64,000 bases of DNA from Dehalococcoidia bacterium (GTDB lineage Bacteria; Chloroflexota; Dehalococcoidia; Bin125), in NCBI GenBank assembly GCA_963555985.3, contig OY820591.1:2624001-2688000 (forward strand), in the 5' to 3' direction. Numbering within the stretch: position 1 is the first letter of the stretch; the number at the start of each line of letters is the position of its first letter. Under the pieces are notes generated by a model. It was not told where the DNA came from. It did not search any database and saw nothing but the letters and a program-made list of their open reading frames with translations. Shown one piece after another: positions 1 through 9,262 of this stretch. Made by a program: the position numbers and the translations under genes.

Positions 1-3000
1 CTCCCTCCGCCGCCGCGACGCCTACGGCTCCTTCGCCGCCGACTTCCTCGATTCCGTCCAGGGCCTCGCCACCCTCAAAGCCTTCGGCCAAAGCGGACGC
101 CGAGGCGCAGAACTCGCAGAGCGCGCGCAGGTCGTCTTCCGCACCACCATGGGCGTCCTCTTCCACAACGCGATCGCCCAGGGACTCACCATCCTCGCCA
201 TCACCGTCGGCGCGGCCGTAGCGCTCTTTGTCGGCGCGCTCCGCGTCGAAAGCGGCGCGATGGAGCTGGCCGAGCTGCTGGTCGTGCTGATGCTGGGCGT
301 CGAAGTCTTCCGGCCCCTCCGCGAACTCAGCCAACTCTTCCACCAGGGCCTCCTCGGAGTCGCCGCCGCCCAAAGCGTGCTCGACGTCGATCAGGCCAAG
401 CCGCTCACACCCGACGCCGAGGCCGAACCGGCGGGAGCGCTCCAACCCCGCATCGAGTTCGACAACGTCACCTTCAGCTATCCCACCGGCCGCAGACCCG
501 CGCTCAGCAACGTCTCCTTCACCGTCGAACCCGGACACCGGATCGGCGTCGTCGGACGCTCCGGTTCGGGCAAGTCCACCCTCGTCTGGCTCTTGCAGCG
601 CCTCTACACACCTCAAGAAGGCGCGATCCGCATCGGCGGCCACAACCTCAACGAACTCCGTTTCGCCGACATCCGCGCACAGATGGCCGTCGTCCTCCAG
701 GACACCTATCTCTTCCACGGATCAGTGCTCGCCAATCTCCGCTTCGCCAAACCCGACGCCACCGACAACGAGATCCGCGCCTCCGCCCAAGCCGCCAACG
801 CCCACGAGTTCATCAGCGCCCTGCCGGAGGGCTACGCCACCGTGATCGGCGAACGCGGACACCGACTCTCCGGCGGCGAACGCCAGCGCATCGCCATCGC
901 CCGCGCCCTCCTCCGCGACGCCCCGATGCTGATCCTGGACGAAGCCCTCTCTAGCGTGGACGCCGAGAACGAAGCCACCATCCAGGCCGCGCTCGATCGC
1001 CTCATGCAAGGCCGCACCACCCTAATCATGGCCCACCGCCTCTCCAGCGTCCGCGACTGCGACGAAATTCTGGTGCTTGACGAGGGCCGTCTGGTTGAGC
1101 GCGGAGACCACGAAGCGCTCCTCGCCGAAGGCGGCGTCTACGACTGGCTGATGGCCGGTCAGATGACCGATCCCAGCCTCGACGGATTCGTGGACGACGC
1201 GCCCCCGCCCGAGCTCGCCGCCGCAGCTGAAACCGGCACGCTGGCGATCCGCGACTCCGGCAGCGACGCAACCGAAGCCATCATCCGCGCTGAGGGCATG
1301 GGCTGGCGCGAGACCTCCACACGACTGCTCGGTTTAGCCGCGCCCTACTGGTTCAAGACCACACTCTCCTTCGGAACCGGCGTCGCCCACTTCTTCGGAG
1401 CCATCGCCGTCGGCGTGATCGGCGCGCTCATGGTCGCCAACGTCCGCGACGGCGAGTCGATCGGATTGCTCGCTGCCCTCCTGATCCTGGTCGCTGTCCT
1501 CACCGGACTCTTCCGCTTCCTCGAAAACTGGGTCTCCCACGACATGGCCTTCCGCCTCCTCGCCGACATGCGCATCGCTCTCTTCCGCAAGCTCGATCAG
1601 CTCGCGCCCGCCTATCTCTTGCGCCGCCGCACCGGCGATCTGGTCTCAATGGCCACCCAAGACGTCGAGACCGTCGAATACTTCTTCGCCCACACCATCG
1701 CCAACGCATTCGTCAGCGTCGTCATCCCGGGAGCCGCGCTGATCACGCTCTTCGTCGTCGATTGGCGCTTGGGACTCGGACTCGCCCCACTGCTGATCCT
1801 TGCCGCACTCAGCCCCCTCTTCACCCGCCGAATCGTCGATCGACTCGGTTCCCGCTCCCGCGACCATCTCGGAGCGCTCAACGCCCACATGGTCGACACC
1901 CTCCAGGGACTCCGCGAAGTCACCGCCTTCCAGCGAGAGAAGGAACGCAAGGCCGAGTTCGAGGGCCTGATGCGCGAATACATGCCCATCCGCGGCGGTT
2001 TCAACCGCCAGATCTCCGCCCAGCGAACCCTGCTCGAGGGACTGACCGGCTATGGCGGTCTCGCCGTCATCACGATCGGCGGTGTGCTGGCCGTCCGCGG
2101 CGACATCGACTCCTCCCTCGCCCCACTCCTGACCTTGCTCGCAATGGGCGCATTCATGCCCGTCGCCGAACTCGCCCAGGTCGGCCGCCGACTCGGAGAC
2201 ACGCTCGGCGCCACCCGCCGTCTCACCGCCGTCCACAGCGAGTCGGTCGCTGTCCAGGACGGCCCCGGCGCAGCCGCGAACGGCAAAGGCGGCGTCTCCG
2301 AAGGCGCATTCGCCGCCGTCGGTTTCACCTACGAAGACACCCCGCGCGCGGCACTGGATCACGTCTCCTTCGACCTCAAGCCAGGCGGAACCGTCGCCCT
2401 CGTCGGTCCCTCCGGAGCCGGCAAAACCACCGCCGCCCATCTCCTGCTCCGCTTCTGGGACCCGCAGGACGGCAAGATCACGCTCGAAGACTCCGATCTC
2501 CGCACCTACCGCCTCGACGAACTCCGAGGCCAAGTCGCGCTGGTCGCACAGGACACCTACCTCTTTAACGCCTCCATCCGCGACAACCTGCTCGTCGCCA
2601 AACCCGACGCGACGGAGGAGGAGTTGTTGCTCGCCATCCAGCGCGCCGGACTCGCCGACTTCGTCGAATCCCTCCCCGAAGGTCTAGACACGCCCGTCGG
2701 AGAACGCGGCGCGCAACTCTCCGGCGGACAGCGCCAACGAGTCGCAATCGGCCGCGCCCTCCTCAAAGACGCCCCAGTGCTGATCCTCGATGAGGCCACC
2801 TCCCACCTCGACGGCCTCAACGAGCGCCTCGTCCGCGACGCGCTGGACGAGTTGATGGAAGATCGCACCACCCTCGTGATCGCCCACCGCCTCTCTACCG
2901 TCCGCGACGCCGATCAGATCGTCGTGCTCGACGAAGGCCGCGTAGTCGAAATTGGCAAGCACGATCAGCTAGCTTCACAAGACGGGCTCTACTCGCGCCT

Positions 3001-3034
3001 CGTACGGCGTCAACTTGCCGGAGCCCGTCGCTAG
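1..3034 (+). CDS. Fused double ABC exporter (TMD-NBD-TMD-NBD), CydD-CydC-like; 5' end lies outside the window
   Basis: Frame is open from nt 2 (…FLDSVQGLATLKAFG…, CydD-like). Two Walker A motifs (GRSGSGKST, GPSGAGKTT), two LSGG signatures, two ILDEA Walker B motifs. Confidence 0.85.
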   Translation, partial: SLRRRDAYGSFAADFLDSVQGLATLKAFGQSGRRGAELAERAQVVFRTTMGVLFHNAIAQGLTILAITVGAAVALFVGALRVESGAMELAELLVVLMLGVEVFRPLRELSQLFHQGLLGVAAAQSVLDVDQAKPLTPDAEAEPAGALQPRIEFDNVTFSYPTGRRPALSNVSFTVEPGHRIGVVGRSGSGKSTLVWLLQRLYTPQEGAIRIGGHNLNELRFADIRAQMAVVLQDTYLFHGSVLANLRFAKPDATDNEIRASAQAANAHEFISALPEGYATVIGERGHRLSGGERQRIAIARALLRDAPMLILDEALSSVDAENEATIQAALDRLMQGRTTLIMAHRLSSVRDCDEILVLDEGRLVERGDHEALLAEGGVYDWLMAGQMTDPSLDGFVDDAPPPELAAAAETGTLAIRDSGSDATEAIIRAEGMGWRETSTRLLGLAAPYWFKTTLSFGTGVAHFFGAIAVGVIGALMVANVRDGESIGLLAALLILVAVLTGLFRFLENWVSHDMAFRLLADMRIALFRKLDQLAPAYLLRRRTGDLVSMATQDVETVEYFFAHTIANAFVSVVIPGAALITLFVVDWRLGLGLAPLLILAALSPLFTRRIVDRLGSRSRDHLGALNAHMVDTLQGLREVTAFQREKERKAEFEGLMREYMPIRGGFNRQISAQRTLLEGLTGYGGLAVITIGGVLAVRGDIDSSLAPLLTLLAMGAFMPVAELAQVGRRLGDTLGATRRLTAVHSESVAVQDGPGAAANGKGGVSEGAFAAVGFTYEDTPRAALDHVSFDLKPGGTVALVGPSGAGKTTAAHLLLRFWDPQDGKITLEDSDLRTYRLDELRGQVALVAQDTYLFNASIRDNLLVAKPDATEEELLLAIQRAGLADFVESLPEGLDTPVGERGAQLSGGQRQRVAIGRALLKDAPVLILDEATSHLDGLNERLVRDALDELMEDRTTLVIAHRLSTVRDADQIVVLDEGRVVEIGKHDQLASQDGLYSRLVRRQLAGARR

Positions 3035-3048
3035 TTGGAGGCACCGCC

Positions 3049-3348
3049 GTGAAACAACTCATCCTCGAACTCATCACCCTGATCTTCTTCTGGCCCCTGC
3101 GCATCGTCTCGCGCCTCTTCGGCCGCCGCGCCAACGCCAAAGTGCGCGACTGGCAGGACGGCATGTGGACCTGGTGGCTGGGAGCAGCCGCCGTCGGCTA
3201 CATGGTCGGCGATCAGCACCTCGGCGCCGACGGCAGTCAGATCCCCGGCGGCTACGACGGCGGTCACCATCACGGCGGCCACCACGACAGCGGCGGAGGC
3301 TTCGACGGCGGCGGCTTCGGCGGCGGCGGCGACATCGGCAGCTTCTAG
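3049..3348 (+). CDS. Small membrane protein with Gly/His-rich tail
   Basis: GGAGG RBS before GTG. Hydrophobic N-terminus; GGHHHGGHHDSGGGFDGGGFGGGG tail. Confidence 0.7.
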   Translation: MKQLILELITLIFFWPLRIVSRLFGRRANAKVRDWQDGMWTWWLGAAAVGYMVGDQHLGADGSQIPGGYDGGHHHGGHHDSGGGFDGGGFGGGGDIGSF

Positions 3349-3356
3349 CTACGGGC

Positions 3357-3602
3357 GCCTGTCCTCTCCCCCGCCCTGCGGGGAGAGACGCCCAGCTGAG
3401 CCTGCCCCCGCCTTCGAAGACCTTCGCAAAACCCCCATATCCGTCATTCCCGCGCAGGCGGGAATCCATGCAGCGTATCGAGCGGGACGTAGATTTCCGC
3501 CTGCACCGAAATGACGAAACGCGGAGTCTGGGAAGTTTCGCAAAAGCCTGCCCCTGAGCAGGCAGAGGCTCTCCGAAGGCAGGGAGGGATAGAAGGGGGT
3601 CC
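3357..3602. repeat. Composite REP/MITE-like palindromic cluster
   Basis: CGTCATTCCCGCGCAGGCGGGAATCCA (~3442) with an imperfect inverted copy ending AAATGACG (~3516), flanked by AGACCTTCGCAAAA / TTTCGCAAAAGCCT and other GC hairpins. Confidence 0.65.
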
Positions 3603-3653
3603 GAACCTCCAACATCCACAACCCGGCGAGAGTCTGATGAACTGAGGTAAACC

Positions 3654-4112
3654 ATGTTCGGCGCAGCGCTCTTTGAGATCGTCATCCTGCTCGTCGTCCG
3701 CCCGCTGCGCTTCCTGGTCGGACTCGTCAGCAAGCGCGCTGCCCAACCCCTACAGCGCGTCGAGGACTGGCTGCTGCATCAAGCCCACGCCATCGGCGTC
3801 GAGTCGCGCACCCGCTATGAGGTCGAGAAGGCGGGCGAAGCGCGGGCATTCCTGGCCAGCGGTCTGACCGACCGCAGCGACGCAGTCTCCAGCCTGCAAG
3901 GCGACACAGTGGAGCAAGCGCGCAGGCTCTCGGGCGCGGATCAAGCCCTGCCGCAAAGCCCGGAGGACGCCGATCCCAGCCTCAGACGAGGCCCGCGCCA
4001 GGTCGAAGCGCGAGAGGGACAAACCCGCTCCGAAGAGATGCAGGAAGCCCTGCTCCGCGCCCAGCGCGAGCAACGCGCACGCGCCGAACGCCAAGCTCGG
4101 CGGCGACCGTAA
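3654..4112 (+). CDS. Hypothetical protein with N-terminal membrane anchor
   Basis: GAGGT RBS, ATG, hydrophobic N-terminus similar in style to the 3049 ORF (…PLRFLVGLVSKR vs …PLRIVSRLFGRR). Confidence 0.6.
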   Translation: MFGAALFEIVILLVVRPLRFLVGLVSKRAAQPLQRVEDWLLHQAHAIGVESRTRYEVEKAGEARAFLASGLTDRSDAVSSLQGDTVEQARRLSGADQALPQSPEDADPSLRRGPRQVEAREGQTRSEEMQEALLRAQREQRARAERQARRRP

Positions 4113-4126
4113 GCGATCACCGGCCG

Positions 4127-4825
4127 CTATTCCGCCTCCGCTTCTGAATCCAACTCTGCCATCAACGCATCGACCTCCCGAATCAGCAGCGGGAGCTCCT
4201 CCCTGACCGTCTGCCAGACTTTGGCCCAGTCAATATTCGTGTACTGGTGAACGAGGAGGTTGCGCTGACCGACGTAGCCCTGGTAGTCCGTGATCCGCTC
4301 CGCAGTGGCCTTGTCCTGCCGCGAGAGACGATTGAGCGACTCCCCGATCCTCGTTAGGGCCTGCGGCACGCTGCGAATCAAATCATCGCTACTCATCATT
4401 TCATCGAAAGACACGTTCGTACCGACTCCGTGTAAGTAGTCGGCCTCCTGCCGAATCTCCCAGAGATACTTCAGCGCTCGATCCGAACTCACGCGAACCC
4501 CGTTTCTAGAGCTTGCCTGACGTCGCTCACCCCACAAATGCGTACGGCTGTCCTTCACAGACTGGCGGAAATACGGGTTCGTGAACTCGACATCCGAGAT
4601 CAGATCCACATCCCGCCCAAAGAGATCGCGCAGCGCCGCTTCGAGCTCTCCGTGAGTGCTGAACCGCGCCTCAGAGTCAAATTTCACCAGAAAATCAAGA
4701 TCGCTGCGCTCCGCATCCCACTCCCCCGTCGCCGCCGAACCAAACAACTCCAACCGGCGCACATGGTGTCGCCGGCAAAGCGCCTCAAGTTGCTGCTGAC
4801 GTTCGCTGATAATGGCGGGGAGCAT
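4127..4825 (-). CDS. Fused MntA-type nucleotidyltransferase + HepT/DUF86 HEPN RNase (type VII TA-like)
   Basis: N-terminal FGSAATGEWDAERSDLD (GS..DxD); C-terminal RNLLVHQY (RX4HXY). Confidence 0.85.
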   Translation of the reverse strand: MLPAIISERQQQLEALCRRHHVRRLELFGSAATGEWDAERSDLDFLVKFDSEARFSTHGELEAALRDLFGRDVDLISDVEFTNPYFRQSVKDSRTHLWGERRQASSRNGVRVSSDRALKYLWEIRQEADYLHGVGTNVSFDEMMSSDDLIRSVPQALTRIGESLNRLSRQDKATAERITDYQGYVGQRNLLVHQYTNIDWAKVWQTVREELPLLIREVDALMAELDSEAEAE

Positions 4826-4899
4826 CGCTCAGAACCGTCACTGGACTACCGCTGCGATCGAGCATAGCCAGTCGCCGAAGGCGGTCTGCCTGAACAACC

Positions 4900-5730
4900 C
4901 TAGCTCGGCTGCTCCCAGCGGAACGTTCTCGCCGCGAGCGCCAGACCGGCGACCAGCCAAACGATCAGCACCAGCGCGACCCAGTGCAGTTCCCACGCTC
5001 CGCCGGGCTCAATCTGCTGGAACTCGCTGGGCAGGAAGACGCTGCGCAGACCCTGCGCAAGCCAGCGCATAGGGAAAACGCTGGCGATGTATTGCAGCCA
5101 GGTGGGAATGTCGTGGAACGGGAAAAAGACGCCTGAAACGAATTGCAGAAAGATGTAGGGCGCGTTCACGACGGCGGGAGCGGCGCGCACCGTGGGAATG
5201 ATCCGCGTGATCGCGATGCCCATGGTCGTCCCCGCGCCGACCCCAAGAACAAGCACCCAGATCAGCGTCAGCCACTGCGTCCCGGAGGGCGCGTCGAGCC
5301 CGAAGAACGCGATCCCCAGCACCAACATCACCACCACCTGCACGATGGTGATCGCCAGCACGCCCGAAAGCTGGCCGACGAAGAAGGCCGTCTTGGGGAT
5401 CGGCGAGCCGCCTATGCGTTTGAGGAAGCCCATCTCGCGCTGGCTCACGATCGAGATCGAGAGATTGAGAAAAGCGGTGCCAAGCAGCGAAGAGGCGATG
5501 ATCCCGGCCGAGACGTACTGCCGCCCCTCAACCCCGAAGGCGACATCCCAGCTGAAGACGCTCCCGAAAATGATCATCAACATGACCGGGAAGAGCACGA
5601 GGAAGAACATCGCCTGCGGCTCGCGCCACACGGCCTTGAGATTGAGCTTGGTCAGCGTCCACGAGATCCGCAGCAGATGCCGCGCGCCGCCGATCTCACG
5701 CTGTACACCCGCAGTGGTAAGCGCGGTCAC
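4900..5730 (-). CDS. ABC-2 type transporter permease
   Basis: About six TM segments; REMGFLKRIGGSP motif; overlaps the ATPase stop. Confidence 0.9.
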   Translation of the reverse strand: MTALTTAGVQREIGGARHLLRISWTLTKLNLKAVWREPQAMFFLVLFPVMLMIIFGSVFSWDVAFGVEGRQYVSAGIIASSLLGTAFLNLSISIVSQREMGFLKRIGGSPIPKTAFFVGQLSGVLAITIVQVVVMLVLGIAFFGLDAPSGTQWLTLIWVLVLGVGAGTTMGIAITRIIPTVRAAPAVVNAPYIFLQFVSGVFFPFHDIPTWLQYIASVFPMRWLAQGLRSVFLPSEFQQIEPGGAWELHWVALVLIVWLVAGLALAARTFRWEQPS

Positions 5731-6674
5731 GAAGCCGCCTCCCCGCCGGCGCGAGCCTCCGCGGCCTCGCTCTCACCGACCAACTCCAGGTACATCTCCT
5801 CCAGCGAGGGCGAGCGTACCCAGAGCTCGGGTAGTTCACCCAGCCCCTGCGCCTCTGCCCAGGCGAGCAATTCGCCCAACTCGCGTGTCGGCGCGCCGGT
5901 TTCGCACGTCAGCCGCCCGCTCTCGGAACGACTCCAACGACCGGGCAGACCGTCAAGCTGCGCCCCCTCCGCCGGCCGCCAGGAGATGCGTGAGCGCGCC
6001 CCCAATTCGCGCCGCAAATCCCAGATCGTGCCCTCCGTGATCAGCCGTCCCTGGGCGATCACCCCGATCCGGTCTGCCAACGCCTCAGCTTCGTCGAGGT
6101 AATGAGTAGTCAGCAGAATCGTCCGTCCCTCCGCCTGGAGCGCTCGCACCAGCTCCCACGACTGTCGGCGGGCGGCCGCGTCGAAACCGGTCGTGGGCTC
6201 GTCGAGAAAGAGCAACTCAGGATTGCCGACCACGCCCAGCGCCAGGTCGAGCCGACGCTTCTGCCCGCCGGAGAACTTGGCCCCGCGCCGATCCGCGTGT
6301 TCGCCCAGACCGACCAGTTCGAGCACCTCGTCGGGGTCGAGCGGGTTGGGATAGGCCTGCGCCCAGGCGTGCATGATCTCGCGCGCGGTGTAGAGATCGA
6401 CCGAGCTCTCGCTCTGCAGCACGATCCCGATCCGGGCGCGAAAGTCGGCAAGCCCGTCAGCCGGGTTCATCCCCAGCACGCGAACCTCGCCCGCGTCGCG
6501 CTTGCGGTAGCCCTCCAGAATCTCGACGAACGTCGTCTTGCCCGCCCCGTTAGGACCAAGCAGCGCATAGACCTGCCCCGCTTCGATGGTCAGATCCACC
6601 CCGTCCACGGCGGTGATCTCGCCGTAGCGCTTGACTACGCCGCGCGCTTGAATCGCCGGTTCCCCTGCTGACAT
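5727..6674 (-). CDS. ABC transporter ATP-binding protein (DrrA/NodI-like)
   Basis: GPNGAGKTT, FSGGQKRR, LFLDEPT. Start trimmed to MSAGEPA (ATG 6674). Confidence 0.9.
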   Translation of the reverse strand: MSAGEPAIQARGVVKRYGEITAVDGVDLTIEAGQVYALLGPNGAGKTTFVEILEGYRKRDAGEVRVLGMNPADGLADFRARIGIVLQSESSVDLYTAREIMHAWAQAYPNPLDPDEVLELVGLGEHADRRGAKFSGGQKRRLDLALGVVGNPELLFLDEPTTGFDAAARRQSWELVRALQAEGRTILLTTHYLDEAEALADRIGVIAQGRLITEGTIWDLRRELGARSRISWRPAEGAQLDGLPGRWSRSESGRLTCETGAPTRELGELLAWAEAQGLGELPELWVRSPSLEEMYLELVGESEAAEARAGGEAAS

Positions 6675-6734
6675 ATTCGACAGCCTACGCGAGCGCCTAG
6701 ACTTGGCGCACCAGTACACGGAGAGGGATCGCAA

Positions 6735-7865
6735 ATGACAACGATCAACCAGGACAAACTCAACGAGCTCTTCGGCTACGTCGAAGGCATCGTCAACGAC
6801 AAGAAAGTCCCCGCCGCCCAGATCGCCATCGGCCACGACGGCGAACTCGCCGCAATGCGCACCTTCGGCGCCGCCCATCAAGGCACGTCGGTGCAACCCG
6901 CCACCGACGACACCCTCTTCTGCATGTTCTCCTCGACCAAGGCCGTCGTCGGCGTCGGCGTCTGGAAGCTCCTGGACGAGGGCCTGCTCGATCTCGAAGA
7001 GAAGGTCGTCGACATCATCCCGGGCTGGTGCGCCGAGGGTGGCGGCGAAGCAACCTACGCCGATGTCACCGTCCGCAACGTGATGCTCCACACCGGCGGC
7101 TTCCCCCACGCGCCCATGAACCCCCGCCTCTGGGAGGACCGCGAAGCCCGGCTCCGCCGCATGATGGGCTGGCGGCTCAACTGGACACCCGACACTCAGT
7201 GGGAGTACCACGCCACCTCCGCCCACTGGGTCCTAGCCGAGATCATCACCCAAAAGACCGGCGAAGACTTCCGCGACTGGCTCCGCGCCAACCTGCTCGA
7301 CCCGATGGGACTCGACAACCTCTACATCGGCCTCCCCAACGAAGAGCACGAACGCGCCGCCTCCATCGTCTACACCGAAGAACCTCTCCCCGTCGCCGGC
7401 GGCGAGGTCTTCCCCCAAACCATCCTCCACTTCAATCTCGCCTCCCAGCGCCGCGCCGGCTGTCCGGGCGGCGGCGCATTCGCCAACGCCGCCGGCGTCG
7501 CCATGTTCTACCAGGGCCTAATCAACCGCCCCGACGACAGCCCCCTCACCGCGAACGCCATCGAACTAGGCACCACCGTCGGTACCAACCCCGACCGTCA
7601 CACCGACCCTCTCAGCGGCATCCACGTCAACCGCGCCCTCACCGTTGTCGTCGCCGGCGACGACGGCCTCAGCCAAGACCGCGGCTTCGGCAGCGGAGCC
7701 TCCCCCAAAGCCTTCGGACACGCCGGCGCCGGCGGACAAATCGCCTGGGGCGACCCCGAAACCGGCCTCTCCCTCGGCTTCGTCACCAACGGCTTCCAAC
7801 AAGACGAAAACGTCTACGAACGAACCCACACCATCGGCACCATGGCCGCCGCCTGCGTCAGCTAG
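6735..7865 (+). CDS. Serine hydrolase, beta-lactamase class C/esterase family
   Basis: FSSTK (SxxK), MLHTGG, WEYH, FGHAGAGG motifs. Confidence 0.9.
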   Translation: MTTINQDKLNELFGYVEGIVNDKKVPAAQIAIGHDGELAAMRTFGAAHQGTSVQPATDDTLFCMFSSTKAVVGVGVWKLLDEGLLDLEEKVVDIIPGWCAEGGGEATYADVTVRNVMLHTGGFPHAPMNPRLWEDREARLRRMMGWRLNWTPDTQWEYHATSAHWVLAEIITQKTGEDFRDWLRANLLDPMGLDNLYIGLPNEEHERAASIVYTEEPLPVAGGEVFPQTILHFNLASQRRAGCPGGGAFANAAGVAMFYQGLINRPDDSPLTANAIELGTTVGTNPDRHTDPLSGIHVNRALTVVVAGDDGLSQDRGFGSGASPKAFGHAGAGGQIAWGDPETGLSLGFVTNGFQQDENVYERTHTIGTMAAACVS

Positions 7866-7946
7866 CTGAGCCTGTCGCAAACCCTCACACCCCGTTCGCC
7901 CGCCCGGCGGCCGCTATTCTGATCCTGAGCCGGGAAGGAACCGCCA

Positions 7947-8288
7947 ATGGCCACCATGACGCGACAGTTGGAACGCGGACTGATCGAGGCGGGCGTCCCC
8001 GAGGAGCACGCCGAACGCATCGCCGACGCCCAGGAAGCCCGCCTCAGCGAACTAGCGACCAAAGAAGATCTGCACCTACTGCGCCGAGAGTTGTACGAAA
8101 TCCGCGACGACCTGCGCCGCGAGTTGTACGAAATCCGCGACGACCTGCGCCGCGAGCTCGCCCAGTTCCGTGAGGAAATGAACGCTCGCCTCGCCCACCT
8201 CGAACGCACCATCTGGGGCCTCGCCGCCCTCGGCTTCGCCATGTGGTCCGCCACCTTCGGCGCCCTCATGTACGCCGTCTTCGGCTAA
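7947..8288 (+). CDS. DUF1640/CCDC90-like coiled-coil protein with C-terminal TM
   Basis: AGVPEEHA…LATKEDL motif, LRRELYEIRDD repeats, hydrophobic C-terminus. Confidence 0.7.
   Translation: MATMTRQLERGLIEAGVPEEHAERIADAQEARLSELATKEDLHLLRRELYEIRDDLRRELYEIRDDLRRELAQFREEMNARLAHLERTIWGLAALGFAMWSATFGALMYAVFG
8079..8157 (+). repeat. 33-bp in-frame tandem repeat (~2.4 copies)
   Basis: ctgcgccg(a/c)gagttgtacgaaatccgcgacgac twice, plus a partial copy. Confidence 0.9.
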
Positions 8289-8293
8289 CCCCC

Positions 8294-9262
8294 CTACTCA
8301 TCCTCCGTACCCGGCAGCAACGGACCCTCCGCAATCGCCGGCAGCGCCCGCGTCAACGCCAACGCCGCATCCGTATCCGCAAAACTCAAGCGCTGAATCA
8401 CCGTCCAGTTCGACTCCGACCAACGCTCCCCCAATTCTTCCCCCTCTTCCGCCCGTTCGCAGACCAACCCAATCAGATACTCCAACAACCGATCAAACCA
8501 CCCGAACAACCCCGGCAGCGTCGCATCAATCGCATCCGCCGCCGCAATCGTCGCCTCCGCCGACTGCCGCAGCGCCCGCGCCGCCGCCTTTGGCAGCGCC
8601 TGCTCAAACCCGGGCGCATGAACAATCGCATAGATATCCGCGCTGTGCGCAGTCGGACGCTCCCCCAATTCGACTTCCGCGCCGAGACTCGGACTCGCCA
8701 GCCGCGACACCGCCGCCGGCAGCGACCCATCGGGCGCAACGATCCCAGCCAGCTCCGGATCAAACTCAGCCAACGGCATCCCTGCCAACGCGCGCAGGTT
8801 CCCCCGCCCCGACGCCAGCGCTTTCCCCTCCTGCCCGTAACAGTGCGGAATCACCGTCGCCGCACAATCCAGCATCCGCGCCAGATAATCCAGCACCAGA
8901 TCAATATGCAGCGGAACGCTCGTCACCTGTTCCCGCGTGAGCTCGGCATCCTCAACACCCATCGCCGCATTCTTCAGCTCCTCCAGCGGCGGCTGCATCG
9001 CCGCCAGCGCCGCTACCAGCTTGGGCCCGAGCTGCCGCAACTCAATCGCCGCCTGCTCGAAACCGTCGTCGAACCAGTCGTTCGGCCAGACATGCTCATG
9101 CTCCGGCAGGTCATAGGCGAATCGCAGCAACAGATCATACGGCCACTGCGCGATCCCGAAGCGAATCTCCGGCGACGGCAAGCGCGAAACCGAACGCGCC
9201 CGCCCAGCCGCGACCAGCGCCCCCCGAGGCGGCATCCCGATCCCGTGTCGCGCCGCCGCCAT
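8294..9262 (-). CDS. Hypothetical protein
   Basis: 322-aa ORF whose start overlaps the upstream dehydrogenase stop (TGATG); no recognised motif. Confidence 0.6.
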   Translation of the reverse strand: MAAARHGIGMPPRGALVAAGRARSVSRLPSPEIRFGIAQWPYDLLLRFAYDLPEHEHVWPNDWFDDGFEQAAIELRQLGPKLVAALAAMQPPLEELKNAAMGVEDAELTREQVTSVPLHIDLVLDYLARMLDCAATVIPHCYGQEGKALASGRGNLRALAGMPLAEFDPELAGIVAPDGSLPAAVSRLASPSLGAEVELGERPTAHSADIYAIVHAPGFEQALPKAAARALRQSAEATIAAADAIDATLPGLFGWFDRLLEYLIGLVCERAEEGEELGERWSESNWTVIQRLSFADTDAALALTRALPAIAEGPLLPGTEDE

